This document shows positions 62,701 to 64,000 of a DNA stretch of 64,000 nt, piece by piece. Both the position numbers and the translations under genes were made by a program. The stretch's first letter is position 1, and every line of letters begins with the position of its first letter. The notes under the pieces were generated by a model. That model saw only the letters and a program-made list of their open reading frames with translations, had not been told where the DNA came from and ran no database searches. The stretch spans positions 66,464,001 through 66,528,000 of the forward strand of contig NC_087246.1 of the NCBI RefSeq assembly GCF_037042905.1, given 5' to 3'. Source of the DNA: Lytechinus pictus. Taxonomy: Eukaryota.

Positions 62701-64000
62701 TATGCAAAGAGGGGGGGGGGGGAGGGGCAAATTTTCTAAGGAATATTTCTTTTCTCCAGTTTCAGTTTAAAAAATGGCTTTCAAATAGACCGACTACATA
62801 GTCAAGAAAAGATGGCTTATTCCATGTAATTCCAGTTATATAAGTAGTAGAGCTTATAATTTAGTATGTTGACTTTGATCAGCACACATGTGTACAATGC
62901 AAACAAAGCACATCTGAATTCAAATGGTGAACGACCCTACTTCTTTGTTACTTGGCAATCTCTATTCATCCCGATTTCTATTGTGTGCCATCCCATTCAT
63001 GGAAAATCAAGAACGTCATTGTAGCTAGATAAGGGCATATTTCTTTTTTTTTTGGGGGGGGGGTAGGTGGGCATGAAGATACTTTGTCACAATCAATGCA
63101 ACAGAACTAATAAAAAAATTTCCAAATGGCTAATTGCTCATGGTGCTTGAAGTTCATGCTGAAAGTGTAAATACAAAAAATAAAGCACTAAATATACATC
63201 AGGACGAGTTCTCCAAATGTTTTTTGTTATAACATCCAATATTGAATACACATGAAGGCAAATTACAAGTTCAACAAATCTAAACCCACCATGAAGCAAT
63301 AGGACATTGTACTACAAACAAACTGCAAGGATCTAAAGATAATAATTTTCAAAAGATAGGAACTGATGAGTGATAAAAAAGGTAGATTAACGAAAGATAG
63401 GAATCTAGTGTACAAAGCAATGGGATGACATTATCTTGTACATCTTGGATTTTGTCACAGTTGAAATAAACTTAGTAAATCATGAACAAAAATATGATCA
63501 AACTCATTCTGAAAGTGAAAATCACCAGATAGGGAATCATATTAATCCCAATTTTCTTTCAACTAATCGAATATCATGATTTTGAATTCCAAAATATTAT
63601 TTCAATAGGCTCAGCACAAAAGAAAAAAAAGGCAAAGAATCTCTCACATGGTACAGTATCAGTAATAGAGCAATATGCAGCGTTTCAATTTAATGCTAAT
63701 AATGCTATAGAACTGGACAGGCAAAAAGAATAACTCACCACCATTCTAGTGAAGAAACACAAGTCACATACTTCCCCCCTCTCAGAACGACTACTCCCCT
63801 CTCCATCTGGACACATTCAATTCCAATACTTTCCATGTGGCTCACTATCAGGAGCATTCCTCCAATCACACCACCTCCTTCCAAGAGCAATGGCAGATCA
63901 ATGACCATATCTTTCCTCAAGTCTTGCCTCATTCCTGCAAGCAGGTGTTTTCCTGGCTGAATAAAAGGCTCCTTTGTTCATCCAGGCATGAACTGCACTA

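Overview
AT-rich, intron-rich animal genomic DNA, not prokaryotic. The poly-G/poly-C tracts and repeat families look echinoderm, probably sea urchin (inference, not proven). (1) The right half (29665-59708, minus strand) holds 16 splice-consistent coding exons of a PPP4R1 orthologue (protein phosphatase 4 regulatory subunit 1, HEAT repeats), about 960 codons in-window. I could not securely locate its N-terminal exon(s). (2) A second minus-strand gene appears to start in a CpG-rich stretch near 22.3-22.65 kb with first coding exon MGTSCSSTRSVNGDSTA, a myristoylation plus palmitoylation type N-terminus. The best downstream acceptor I found (4337) is phase-compatible and gives either an 18-nt microexon or a complete, unrecognised 89-aa protein. 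(3) Two phase-compatible plus-strand exons (<1-52, 645-793) of an unidentified gene sit at the left edge. (4) The rest is intron/intergenic DNA dense in non-autonomous transposons: TTAA/Kolobok-like, Helentron/DINE-like, hAT-like, TA-targeting Tc1/mariner-pogo-like, Harbinger-like and CCCGGG-ended elements, a CR1 3' end, tRNA-derived SINEs, microsatellites and one 250-N gap. There is no CRISPR, operon-like system or intact transposase. Most ORFs in the supplied track are spurious. The best novelty candidates are the lipid-anchored microprotein/microexon gene and the unidentified plus-strand exons; both need transcript data.
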